A DNA stretch of 64,000 nt from Lama glama (lineage: Eukaryota), in assembly GCA_028534125.1 (NCBI GenBank), contig CM052817.1:96660001-96724000 (forward strand). Direction: 5' to 3'. The notes below the pieces were generated by a model that was not told where the DNA came from, did no database searches, and worked only from the letters and a program-made list of their open reading frames with translations. Within the stretch, counting starts at the first letter, position 1. Each line of letters opens with the position of its first letter. Made by a program: the position numbers and the translations under genes. Positions 51,801 to 64,000 of the stretch are shown piece by piece.

Positions 51801-53194
51801 CTGTCAGACAAGGAGAACCTAGATGCAGTCTTGACGCTGAGGGAAAAAAATATTAAATGAATTGTGTTTTATCTGAAGAAGTTAATCCATTTTTACTTGT
51901 TTATTATTACTTCTTGCCTAGTTAAAAGAAGGTGGGGGGGGTTGATACAGCTTTTTATTAACACCAGGCATAAATATTGTTGAAATAGAAATTAAAACCA
52001 GAAAAGGAGAAAGAACCAAGTATCCTAACCACAAAGGATAATATAGTTACTGTGACTGAGCTCCACGCCTGGCTGCAAGCTTCCTGGCAGTCAAGACCAA
52101 GAGGAAAACACAGGGGGTTATAGCATGCCAATGAAAGAAAGCACACAAATGCTTCAAGGGAGAAAACCTTTGTTTCTGGTAATAAATTTTCCCCAAAGCA
52201 TTCATCACTGGATTAGACAATAATTGATAACAGTTGGGATCTCGTGGAAGGAGCTTGAATTTGTATTTCTTAAAGAGTGCTATTTTTTATCTTGGCATAA
52301 ACGTATTACTCATCTCTTACTTCTGAGAGGTTAATAATATGTCTGCGACTGATGCTACAATTGTATTATTGTGGAAAATGTAGAAGAACGTGGACAAAAC
52401 GTCAAAGTCTTTCTTTCTCTCAGTGTCTCATAAGCAGACTTTATCATTTTAATCAAAGGCAGATGCCAGCCCATGGTGGCACCCCGTAGAACTGCTTTTC
52501 ATCTTCATATCTACTAAGGGATACAAGGAACTATCTCCAGCTCCATAAATAAGTGAGCATTCCCCAAAGAATGATAGTGCCAATGGGATTTTAAAATAGC
52601 TTACATATTTTACTATAGTCCAAAAATTTTTGGCATATAGTGAATTTGTTTCCATTTTAATGTCAGAAATAGGGGAATGGTTTTCTCTTTCCTTGGAAAG
52701 ATGGAGAAAAGTGTCTCTACAAAAGTGGAACACTGGCACATGCAAAGGCATTATAGGAAAGATTAAGAAGTGAAAGATACAGGCTTATAGCAAGAGACAA
52801 AACAAGAGAGGACAGATATCAAGGGAAAGGGTGTCACCTATGAAGGACACGAAACATAATGCAGGTGGATTTTCAAGGAAAAGGTGAATTTTAGAAGTTT
52901 TGCTGAAAATCCTGCTTTAAAAGCAGAATTCAAGAACTAAAGGGGAAAAAACAACTTACACAGACTACATTCTGGAGATCCAAGGGGTTACTTAGAGTTT
53001 AGCAGGAATAATTGTAGAATGTATACTATATTGAGTGTGTGTTACATAAGAACAGAAATAATTACACCCACATGAGGATTTAAAGCCTTGTGACCATTGC
53101 TACCACAGCCAAAGAGGAAAGAAAAGGGATAGACATGATAGGTGATTCTGTCCAGAACTAAGGAAAGAGGAGAGAAAGACAATATGAAGAGAAA

Positions 53195-53410
53195 AGCAGG
53201 TAGAAAGAGCTTGGATTTGGAGTTGGATGCACCTGGATGTGAACCCCACTTTTACCACTCACTGGTTCTGTGATATGGGACGAGTTACAAAGCTTCCCTG
53301 AGCCTCAGGTTCTTCATTCGTAAAATAAGGAGAATTTATGAGGAGAGGTTAAGTGGAATAATACACAAAATCCCTTGCACAGTGCCTTCTACAAAGATCA
53401 CTGATACATT
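53195..53410 (+). mobile_element. MIR SINE
   Basis: ttggagttggatgcacctgg...tgagcctcaggttcttcattcgtaaaat...gcacagtgcct. Confidence 0.75.
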
Positions 53411-53419
53411 TATAGGGAC

Positions 53420-53585
53420 TGGAGGAGGGGGCACAGAGGGAGAGAGGGAAAAAAGGAAAGAAGGATGGGGGAGAGAGAGAAGGGAGGGAAGGAAGTAGGA
53501 GGGAGGGAAAGAGGACGAAAAGAAAGAGAAGAAAAAAGAAGGAAGGAAGAAGGAGAGTTGCAGAAGGAAAGAGAGAAAGAGATAA
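53420..53585. repeat. GA-rich low-complexity tract
   Basis: Nearly pure purine run, directly visible. Confidence 0.85.
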
Positions 53586-54909
53586 ATCTCTACTTAGGGT
53601 ACCTGCAAAGAAATACAGACAGTCAAATAAAATAGAGGAGAAAGCCCATGCTGGTGCACCACGCTGGTGTCTTAGAGTAGCAATGCCCCTCAGAGATTCT
53701 TGAATTCTACTCCAATTTTATAGATAGTTAAACTGAGGCCCAAAGTGGTACTAAGTTAAGGTCACACAGCCAGTTTGCAATAGATTTCTTCTCTGTAGGG
53801 AAAAAAAAAACCCAAAAAACTATTACGGTCATTTTAGAAAAGAAAATTAATGGCAGGCAAAGCTAGGTGATTATTTATGACCATAAACAGAGGTTGAGCA
53901 TAGCTCTGGCTGACCTAACTTTCCAAAATTTATTACCTGAAATTTTTTACCTCCTTTTGGCCTAGTCACTAGAAGATTTTCTCCTAAATTTAATGAAGAG
54001 TGTTGAAGATTCTATTTAAATGGAAACTATTTATTGAACATTTTATTCATTGTAAGACTGCCAAGACTGAGCATGTTGCTCTTTGGAGTAAATAATTATT
54101 ACCTCTTTGTTACTTTAACCACTGTCTCTGAAGACAGTTCAGCCTAGACATGCCAATTAATAGCAGAATCATTACTTCTTGGCAGCCAGTGGTTCTTGAT
54201 AACTTTTCCCTTATTCTAGCCAAATCTTAGTAGATATAGTAACAGAGATCCTTTTCAGTGCCCTATAGCCCTGGTTGTTATTTTAAAAATTGTAGCCAGA
54301 AAGAGTATTTCTCAAAGGAAAACAAAAACTTTTCTCTAAAAAAATAAATTATACGTTCCAGCCAATGAAGCCTATTGTTAAATATTTGTAGGGAATATAA
54401 GAATATGTTTCAGTTCTTTCTTTCATTGTTTCAAAGTCCAAATTACTTAAAAACATTTGGAAGGGGATTTTGGTTTATGTGTATGTTTGACATCAGCTTA
54501 TGCCCCAACATCTATCCAGATTGACCTCATCTTAGGTAAGTAGCAGAAGTACTTTGTTCTACTCTTCAACCAGATTTCTTGACTTTTCACTTGGTGATCA
54601 CTATCCATCACCTCTCAGTCCTCAGATACTAGCTATGTTTTTAGGCCCTTTGTAGCCTTCACATAGAAGTGGCAGGTAGATTCCCCCATTTTCCTGAAAA
54701 AGTTAGCATCTAAAAGAGGAGATAATACTTAGTTTAAAAGATAACTACCAACACAAGAAATCATTCTGCCACTTACTAAATGAATAATTAATAAATGAGT
54801 AATTTAGTCAATAAACACTGAGTTAAGAGGAGGCATGTCAGATGATCAAAGAAGACCTACTTTGTCATGGTGTCATCATCATTATCATCATCAAAATCGC
54901 CATCCCCAC

Positions 54910-55140
54910 CATGTATCCAGCATGTATTAAGTGCTTATCACATGCCACTGGCTATTTAAGTATTTTATGTACATTAACTCATTTAATTTTTACAACAACT
55001 TGTGAGACAGGTGATATTACCCTCATTTACACATGAGGAAATTGAAGCTCAGAACGGTTAAGTGGCTTGTCCGAGATCACACAATTACTAAGTACCAGAG
55101 CTGAGATTTGAATCCACGTTCTGGCTTCAGAGTATAAACC
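54910..55140 (-). mobile_element. MIR SINE
   Basis: taactcatttaatttttacaacaac...atgaggaaattgaagctcagaacggttaagtggcttgtccgagatcacac. Confidence 0.85.
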
Positions 55141-55149
55141 CAAAGGAGG

Positions 55150-55680
55150 CCCAAAGGAAGTAAGGTTTGATCTGGGTCTTGAAGGACTGGTAAGATTTCA
55201 CTAAATGGAGAGGAGATTGGTGGGGGAAGGTATGAGCAAAAGCAAAAAGGTGAGAAAAGTCACAGTCTGCCTGGATGGAGAAAGACAAGATTGGAAAGAT
55301 TAGCTATTGGTAACAGTAACAACAAAACCACTGGGACTTTTAAGCCAGAAATGTGAAAATCAAAATGACATTTTGGGAAGATAACTCTGACAATAATGTG
55401 CAAGATGGATTCAAGCAGCTTCAGGACTAATTGGCAGACCATTATAAGTCAGATTTACAGATATCAAGACTTGGACAAGAAGTAATGAGAAGGAAGAAAT
55501 GAAGGAGAAACATTACAAAAAGAAGCGTCAGATCTCAGTCACTGAATGAGCCTGAGGGGTCAGAAAAAAATGAAGAACCAAAGATGGCTCTGAACTCAAC
55601 CTGGACAAATAGGAATATAGTGTCACTATTGACAGAAACTGGAGAGTTAGTTGATTTTACAAAGACAATGATGCGTTAAA
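55150..55680 (-). mobile_element. Old L2 fragment
   Basis: tttgatctgggtcttgaagga, gaagataactctgaca, caaagatggctctga. Confidence 0.6.
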
Positions 55681-56424
55681 TTGATCATTTCTCTGAAGTC
55701 ACTGGTTCTTCTACACAAATCATTTCTTCATTGTGTTACTTCTGTCTCTGACACTCCATGTTTCTATTTTCCATTGACCCTCTTGTCTTCTTTCCCATCC
55801 TTTACCCTGCAGACAGCACACCCATTCTCATAGCTTCAGTACTAAGTTGTAATTTCTTTATTCCTTAGTTCTATATCTATTTCCAGCCTTAGCCTGTCTC
55901 CTGAGTTCAATATCTCTAGTGTGCTAAGGCTTCTAATTGGAGACTTGAGACATCTCATATTAACGTGTTCTCAGATAAGCAAAGTGGATGGCAGGCAGCA
56001 AAGCCAAAAATGCAAGCCTTTACCACCAAACCATATGGTCAATAAGTCTTGATCCGTGCTCCACATTAGAATCAACTATGAAATGTTTAATATTCTCATG
56101 TGGCCAGCGCATACCCCAGAATCTCTAGGAGAGTGTCTGAACATATATCACTGGAAGTCTTTCTCTTGTGAAATGAGGGTTGGAAATTACTAACCCATGG
56201 TGAGATTCATCATCAGAGCTACAGCTCAAGGTCTGGAAAAAGGAAATGGAACAACCAGAAGTCAGAGTCAGGTTGGAGAACAGAGCTCAGTTCCTGGATG
56301 AAACAACAGGAACAAACGTGTAGAGCTGTCAGGATAGCAGAGACCAAAAATGGGTTGGCAGCTGGACGTCAGGGGTATTGGACAACAAAGCAATGAGAAA
56401 CAGAGGAGGCATTGTGGTTTGGAC

Positions 56425-56610
56425 TAATAGTTCTGTAAGTGTGGTCCCCAGGCCAGCAACTTCAGCATCACTTGGAAACTTAGAAATGCACAATTTCTCA
56501 GCCACATTTGACCTACTGAATCTAAAACTCTGGCAGTGGGGCTCAGCAATGTATGTTTTAACGAATCACCCAGGTGGTGGTGACACACAAGAAAATTTGA
56601 GATTCACTAG
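56425..56610. mobile_element. MER5A-type MITE
   Basis: aagtgtggtccccaggccagca...cagcatcacttggaaacttagaaatgca...acctactgaatc. Confidence 0.85.
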
Positions 56611-56714
56611 CCAAGAATCTCATAGGACAGACAGACCTAAGCAGAGAAGAGGTCTGGAGACCTTAAATGTTTCCAGGATCTCAGGGAAACCTTAATTACC
56701 CATGCCCTATACTA

Positions 56715-57040
56715 CAAGGCAAGTTTCATCTAATACTAGAGAATTGATATTTTATAGACAGTATTCTCTGACGGCAATGCAACAAAGTTAGAAATCAATA
56801 CTTAAAGGTCTGTAAAAAATACAATTAGAAACTAAAAGCTAGACTTCTAAATAATTCATTGGAGAAATCCAAATGATACTGGAAATTATAAAATACTTAG
56901 AACTGAATGTTGACAAAAATATTGCACACAAAACTTGCACAATGCAGATAAAGTGATACCTAAGGGGGCAATTATCATCTTAAATATGTATGTTAGAAAA
57001 GATTGGGATTGAAAATTAATGAATTAGGTTTCCAAACATA
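56715..57040 (+). mobile_element. Ancient L1 ORF2 fragment (end of endonuclease region)
   Basis: ttctctgacggcaatgcaacaaagttagaaatcaat resembles FSDHN.IKLEIN; aaatacttagaactgaatg. Confidence 0.65.
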
Positions 57041-57144
57041 GATGAAACACACCATTTTCTAAGTTTATCAAATGAACTTGAGAGGAAATACTGCAATCAT
57101 AATATCGAGTCTACCTGAGCATATTATTACATAATATTACACTG

Positions 57145-57285
57145 AGAACCCCAGACCAGAAATAACATCACTTGGGAACTGGTTAGAAATGCATATTCTC
57201 AGGCGCCACCCATCAGAAACTTAGGGTGGGGGGCCTAGCAAGCTGTGTTTCACCAGATCCTCCAGGTGATTCTCATGCAGCCACA
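57145..57285. mobile_element. MER5A-type MITE fragment
   Basis: catcacttgggaactggttagaaatgcatattctcaggc...ctccaggtgattctcatgca. Confidence 0.8.
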
Positions 57286-59199
57286 ACTACAAAGCCCACA
57301 CTACAGAGGAAGCTACTAGAATCAGTTCATTTATTTTTATCTACCATTAACACCAGAGATCCTGCTTATGAACATTACAAAGGTTTGGGAGGCTTCCATA
57401 GGTGACATTAGGGATAGCCACGATAATGTGGGGTGCCTACAGTATTTTCCTTCACTTTGCAGGAAGGTGGGACACAAGTCTGGCACGCCTTGTAACCTGT
57501 ACGCTTCAGGATAGCACCCTCACCAAGATCTCCAGTTGGTCCTGTGTCCAGTTTTGAATTTGGGGAATTCAAATTGTCTGAACGGTGCCTCTCAAATGTT
57601 GTCATGTTTGCTTTAATTTCCAAACAAACTATGATCAGAACACCCTAAAGTGGACAATGATTTGAGATTTGTGTACCGTCTTTGTGCCTGCTTGCTAACA
57701 AATGTTGCACATGTGTTAGAATTTGTTCTGAAACTTGCTTTCGTTGTAACCTGGTAGGGAGGTGGTGAAGGAAGGGCAAACCTCTTCTTGCCTCTCTTGG
57801 TGGCTGCCACTATCTACCAAAAAGAATCGGAGAGTCATACATGACCAGTTAGTCTGGGCTAGTTCACATTAGTGGATTTAAGAGAGAACAGGGAAAGAGA
57901 AATTGGAGATAGTGAGTACAGACAATTCTTTCAAGATATTTTGTAAATGGAACAGAGACTTAGGATCATGATTGGTGGGGGTTGGGGGGGTGTGGGGAGT
58001 GAAATCAAGGATGATTGCATTCTTTGAGTAGTCAGTCAATAGAGTAATCCTCCTTTTTTCCTTTAAAAAAAAATATTCCCCCAATACATTAAAAAGTATC
58101 ACAAGGAAAAAGACAGAGCTTGTGATGCTCAAAAACACATTAAGGTGTTCCAAGTTAATTCACATTCTTCATCTATTATTGTCTAGGTTTGAATGGACAC
58201 ATATGCAATCTATTTATTATCCCAAAGAGTTTGGAAAATTAAAAAGTTTATTTAGACCAAGAAAATCAGTTTTTGAAGTTTTAACATTTTCACCACTGAG
58301 GAAGAGGACAGTCTTGGGCATTCCATAAGGCATCTGTTATTCTGTTCCATTTCTGTGGAATGCCATTCCCCTTCAACCACCACAAACAAACTTTCAACAG
58401 CATTTGTTCTTTGGAGCATTTTGTTTCCATAACTTCAGGTCACAGGAAGTTTGGATAGGAGAGAAGGACTTTTGTTAATGAATCCCTCTCTTTCTCCAAA
58501 GGCTTAATCCTGATCCGTTAGAATGCTTAATTTTCTTCTGCAGTAAATATACCCCAAGGTTATTTTCCCTGGTGAATTAGCTGGGCACAAATGAATCCTG
58601 AGTTTTCATGGCTTGACTTCAAATTTTTTCTTTTACAGTTCCCTGCATGGCAAAATTCTCAAATTGAAGACTAACTCACACAGACTGCCAGATTGGGCCT
58701 TCTAATTAAAAGAATGAGTCTCTTCAGCTGACACTGTCATTGTAAGGAACTAACCAAGGAAAGGTGAGATCTAAATGTCTATTCTAGAGAAAAGGCTTAG
58801 CCAGCCAAAATAAATTAAGTATACTTAGACAAGGCACATTCTAAACATTGCTAACCCACCATCCAGATGTGTCTATGAAAACATCTCCAAATTGGTTCCT
58901 TTTGGAAAGCATAATTTTGAACCACTGATGAAAACAAACCTCTATTTCTCATCAGATCTAATGAACTGTGCTACTTTATTAAACAAGGAACTGATTATTC
59001 TGCGTATGTCTTTGTCTCCTACAAAAAGGTCTCATTTTCACAATAAAAAATAATAAATCTTTGAATTCAAATTGTCTTTATCTCCAAGGAAGTCAAGAAT
59101 TCTATTGATTTTAAAAACTAATCTTTGAAAACAGTCATTAGTAAGGTATGAGAACACTTAATACTGACTGACATTTACTTAATTTTGGTTTAAAGGAGC

Positions 59200-59380
59200 A
59201 TTATATTCATTTTCCCCAAACCTGTAAGATAGGGATGGGCAGGTAGTATTATTGCCATTTTGCAGATGGGGAAACTGAGGTTCAGAAATTTAAGGGACTT
59301 GCTCAAGTTCCCAAAGCTAGGAATGCTAAAGGCAAAATCCAATTATATGACTTCAAACTCCAATCCAACAGCCTTTCATT
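59200..59380 (-). mobile_element. MIR SINE
   Basis: ccattttgcagatggggaaactgaggttcagaaatttaagggacttgctcaag. Confidence 0.85.
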
Positions 59381-60469
59381 ACATCACTTATGTTCCATTT
59401 GGGTATCTAAGCAGAAGACAGCGACTCACCAGTACCATCCTGTTTCCAGTGGGTTATACATCAATCCTTTCTCAGCTGATTTAGTGATTGAATTCCATAC
59501 TGGTCTTACTGAATGGACTATTCCAAAGACCATAGCATTTATAATTTTTTTAAGAAAAATTATAAACCACAAAACTTTTAATGCTCAGATAAGTTCATGG
59601 TTCAAATGTAATAAGGTGTCTAAAGATTTCGAAGCGATTAAAAGAATATTTCCAGCCAATGCTGCATTCCTACCACAATGTTAAACAATTTTTAAAAAAC
59701 TTTATCTAATATTAACTGCTCAACAATTAGAGGAGGGGAAAAGTGTATGTTCATTAGACAAGAGACTGAACAAGGGTCTAAAAAAGTAACAAGCAATTGC
59801 TATTCAGAGCCCAGAAAGCCTTCAGTTCATGGTGACAAGAAATACTTATGTTCATTCCTTCCCAAAACCCATTTAAAATACAAAATATATTTTTAAAGAA
59901 TAAATTTCTAACAGCAGTGGAAACAAGAAAAAATATAATCAGCAGACCAGAAACTTGGAGGAAATAAAAAGCAGATGAGATCAGACTGATGGAAAATCCA
60001 AACCAGAATAAACTGCAACACACAATAGGTGTGGGAAAGACAGCCGTGAAAGAGACATTCATCTCTAAGGACTCATCAGAAAGAAACTGTGAGCTCTGAA
60101 TCCACAAATGTGAGGGGCAGAGTGGATGAGGAGGAGATTATCAGGATAGACAATTAAAGAAATACCTATAAAACAGCTGAGCCAGCTGTGTCCCTGCTTC
60201 TCCCCATCTATGGAAATCTTCTGGCTCGGATATTTGCTTCCAGAAGATCTCATTGAGCAGGGCTCCTAACACAGGGCAAGAAATGGAAGCACCACTGAGG
60301 CCAAGGGAGTTCCAGACACCCACAATGGACACACATACACACACACCCCCCCAGGAAAGGAGCAACTTCCACACCCATTCCTTGCACTGGCAATCCTGGG
60401 TTGTCTCAGCTGGCACAGCTGCTCCCAGCTAACACAGTCTAAAAGAAGGCATGTCTGCTGGCACAGAAA

Positions 60470-61965
60470 TTTTAAAATTCAACGAGAAATGCCATGTTCC
60501 TAGAAAACGTAAATATCCAAACTTCCAGCAGAAGTTGTAAACCCAAATTGGATAATAATCTTACAACAAATTAAATATATGGTGGGGGGAGGGGTGCCCC
60601 CAAAAGAGCACCGGGTCCAGACTGTTTTATGGATGAATTTGCCTCAATAAAACCAATAGTCTTTATTTTATTTACAGTGTCTCTAGATATTTTTAAAAAG
60701 GAGCCTCCTAACTTATTCTATGAGGATAGCACAAACACACACACAAATAATAAATGCTACTAGCTGGATGCTGCAGGACGTACCTGTCTTGCCAATAATC
60801 CTGTTTAGAGAGCATTTGTCAATGCTGAACATACATGTTATGAGACCCAATATCCATTCTCCTATTCCTGCAGTCTCCACTTCTATTTGTGATCCTTATC
60901 TACTCTACTTAATTTTTTAAAACAAATTTGTCTCCTCTAGGCAATAAGTTTACAATTCTTACCATACAGCAATTTCACTTATGAATGTAAATTTTAAAAT
61001 TTTTGCTAAAATATTAGCAAGTCAAATGTAGCATAGAGTAAAAGATGAAAGCATTATAACTAAATAGAGCTTACATAAGGACTGGCTTATCATTAGAAAA
61101 TTAATTCACAGAATTCACCATGTTAACATATTAAAGAACCATTCGATAAGTGGACAAACACACACATACACAAACTTGAAAATTTTATATCCATTCCCAA
61201 TTCTTTTGTAACTCTTAGTAAGCTGACAATAAAGAGAAACTATTTGGAAACTATTAATTTGATAAAGAGAATGTATCTGAAACATAGAGCAACCGACATT
61301 CTTAAGGATAAAAGATAAGAATTAAGAAAAAGACAAATTATCACAATTATCCAAACTGATTTTGAAGTTCTTTGATAATGCAATAAGACAAGAAAGGAAA
61401 TAAAGTATAAATATTAGGGAAAAAATAGACAAGGCTTTGAATAATTATAGGTCAAGATAATCCATTGAAAACTATTGGAACTAATGAGAGAGTTTCCTGA
61501 GGGATCAAGATACAAGATAGGTACACTAAAATAATTACATTACTATAAATCAACAATACCATCAAATGAAATAAAAATATATTTATAATAACAATTTTAA
61601 ATTTAAATATTCATATATTTAAGAATAACCAAACCAAAAAGGTATAAGAAAATTATAAAATACTTCTGAAAAACCTTTTCAAAAATCTGAATAAACACCA
61701 AAGTACATTATTATTTTATACATAGGGAGATTTCATTGGTAAATGTATTGATTTTTGCCAAATTGATAGCTACAAATTCAATGTGATTCTGACAAAAATC
61801 CATACTATTTTCAATGGAAATTGAAAAGCTGATTTTAAAGTTTATTTGTAATAGTGAATGTGACCAGGGAAAGAAAAACAACTTAAAAATTGAAAAAGAA
61901 TCACTATGAGAGATTTTTCCCTAGCAAATATGAAAAAAAAAACTATAAAGCCATATTAATTAAAG
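60470..61965 (+). mobile_element. Ancient decayed L1 ORF2 (RT region)
   Basis: A-rich strand; caccgggtccagactgttttatggatgaattt resembles PGPDGF..EF; aaaatattagcaa, aatgcaataagacaagaaa, acaaattcaatgtgattc. Confidence 0.7.
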
Positions 61966-62362
61966 CAGAGAATTCACATTAAAAATATACATAGACAGAT
62001 ACGTAGATATAGATACAGACATAGATACACACACAGGAGTCTCCAGGATATACCGGTATCCACTATGATGAAGGAAATATATGAAACGAGGACATCAGTG
62101 TGTCCTACGGAGCTTTGTACCCTCAGTGCATCAGGATCAGCCAGAGGAATCCTAGAAGCTAAAAGACTAGGAGACTGTGTGGTTTACAGACACTTTAAAT
62201 GCATTGTGGGATATCCATAAAGATGAAATGCCAGGAACGAGTAAGTGATCTTACATATAAATATAATAGTAGGAACTTATTAAGGGTGAGCATCTTAGTT
62301 ATTTTTAACCATGGGTCACAGTTGGCTTCTTCGGAAACACATGAATTATATAACCCAGTATC

Positions 62363-62416
62363 AAAGAAAATACTTGCACTATAAAAAAAAGAAAGAAAAG
62401 AAAATACTTGCACTAT
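62363..62416 (+). repeat. 20-bp direct repeat around a 14-bp A-rich spacer
   Basis: aaagaaaatacttgcactat at 62363-62382 and 62397-62416. Confidence 0.9.
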
Positions 62417-62467
62417 GAACATGTGAACCAAGGCTTTTCAGCTGACACTATTGAAATCTGGGGACAA

Positions 62468-62675
62468 GGGGAGGGTATAGCTCAGTGGTAGGGCATATGC
62501 TTAGCACATGCAAGGTCCTGGGTTCAATCCCCAGTACCTCCGTTAAAACTAACTAAATAAATAAATTACCTCTCCCCCACAAAAAAAAGGGGGGAGGGAA
62601 GAAAAAAAAAAGAAGAAAGAAAGGAGAAAAATGTTTTTTAAAAGATTTTTTTAAAAAGAAGAAATATTTTTAAAA
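62468..62675 (+). mobile_element. Camelid tRNA-derived SINE (Vic-1 type)
   Basis: ggggagggtatagctcagtggtagggcatatgcttagc...ggtcctgggttcaatccccagtacctcc, then extended A-rich tail. Confidence 0.92.
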
Positions 62676-63694
62676 AGACAGCATTTTGCCAGGTTTTATT
62701 GAGCACCTACTATACTGTTTTACGAATAGCTCTAAGATAAATGGGAGTCTTTAGTAAGGGATGCAACCTTAAAAATTAACATTTTCTTCGGGGGAGGAAA
62801 TAGGATCTCCTTAGAATGATTCACCTTATGATGAATTTTCCAGAAAAACTCTGGTAAGGAAATAAGATTTGCCTATACCTGCCCTATCTTTCTTACAGGA
62901 ATGTTACGAGGCTTAAAAAAATGTTGACTATAAATGCAACTTGAAAAAATTAAGTGAATTAAATGCAAATTATTGCCTCCCCCCCCCCCAAAAATCCCAA
63001 TTCCCTAGCCTGGAAATATTCCACCCTCGGCAGCATGATCGCTATACATGTTCACCCTGTAAAATTTTAAAATTTGTAGGACCAAGGACTGTATATATTA
63101 TATTCTTTTCCATTATAAAGCCTCAATAAAGAAAACCAAAAAAAGAATACAATTAAACAAGCATCTGAGGAACCTAGAATACAGAAAACGGACACATTCT
63201 AACCTCTGGAGTGATGAGTTTAAGTGCACTCAGCTGGCTGTCTGGAAAGAGCTCGCAGGTAGGGTGAGTCAGAGGCTGTGATGCAAGAATGAGTGTGTTT
63301 CTGAAAAGGACCTGGGAGGGCACTCTGGGCAGAGTGAGTGGCAAATGCAAAGGCAAGATGTCAGGAGAGGGCGGAACTGGGTAGCACTTGCCTGAGAGTC
63401 GTCAAATAGATGTGCCTGACTAAAGTCAGAGAACACATAGGCCCAAAAATAGGACCGGACCTATAACAAATGATAAATACAGACTAGCAGGATTTCGCTT
63501 TACAATACTGATGCAGGCGTCTTGGTTTCCCGTAGTTCAAGGTAGAAGACAGGGAACATCCTTGCAGGGTTCTGGGATGGGAGAGTAGATGGGCAGTTCT
63601 ATGAATGTAGAGCTGGCTCTGAATAAAGGCAGGAAGAGGCGATGGGCAGAGCCGTTCACATGACCTCTTAAGTTAGTTCCCAACAGTCCCTTAT

Positions 63695-63750
63695 CAAAAA
63701 AAAAAAAAAACAAACAAAAAACAAAAAAACAAAACAAACAAACAAAAAAA
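63695..63750. repeat. Poly(A)/(CAAA)n low-complexity tract
   Basis: Directly visible. Confidence 0.85.
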
Positions 63751-64000
63751 CCCCCACAACTTTTTAAATGTTCTAAGGAAATATTATCAGCTCCCAGGAA
63801 AAAAAAAAAAAAAAGAGCATCTCCAAGCAGTAAAGCAGGCAAGTGCTCAAAGCAGAGGAGCTTAAAATGTCGTAAAAAAGCAACGGCTAACGTTTAATAT
63901 CCTTGAGATCCTTTTTTTTTTTAGTCTCGCATGGACAGAAATCACAAAACTTTAGCATGACTAAGCCTTACCTGTAGTGACGCACAACAACATGGTTTTA

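Noticed and set aside
57408..57810. Two abutting minus-strand ORFs (65 and 71 aa) in non-repeat-looking sequence
   Set aside because: No recognisable domain, non-ATG starts and no convincing splice structure; could be an old unrecognised repeat.
1..64000. CRISPR arrays, operons, rRNA or other prokaryote-type systems
   Set aside because: No regularly spaced repeat-spacer structure or dense ORFs; the sequence is repeat-rich mammalian DNA.

Overview
Mammalian genomic DNA, almost certainly a camelid (alpaca, llama or camel), judged from four tRNA-derived Vic-1-type SINEs and cetartiodactyl-type L1 tails. The window is dominated by interspersed repeats: L1 of several ages, HAL1, L2, MIR, MLT1/MLT2 solo LTRs, MER3/MER5/MER58/MER82, and a near-complete decayed hAT-Tip100 (Zaphod-like) transposon. 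There is a 500-N assembly gap inside an L1. I cannot identify any protein-coding gene; the ORF track is mostly chance ORFs and L1 relics. The one clear gene-associated landmark is a CpG island with NRF1-type motifs at about 47.8-48.9 kb, probably a promoter firing on the minus strand, with a few candidate non-coding exons downstream. The most unusual structure is a ~325-bp TSD-flanked element at 18.83-19.16 kb, in which an L1 5' head is joined directly to an L1 3' tail at an AG (a spliced or bipartite L1 derivative). All repeat family names are from recalled consensus sequences, not a search, and boundaries are approximate unless a TSD is quoted. I found no evidence of a new multi-gene system.
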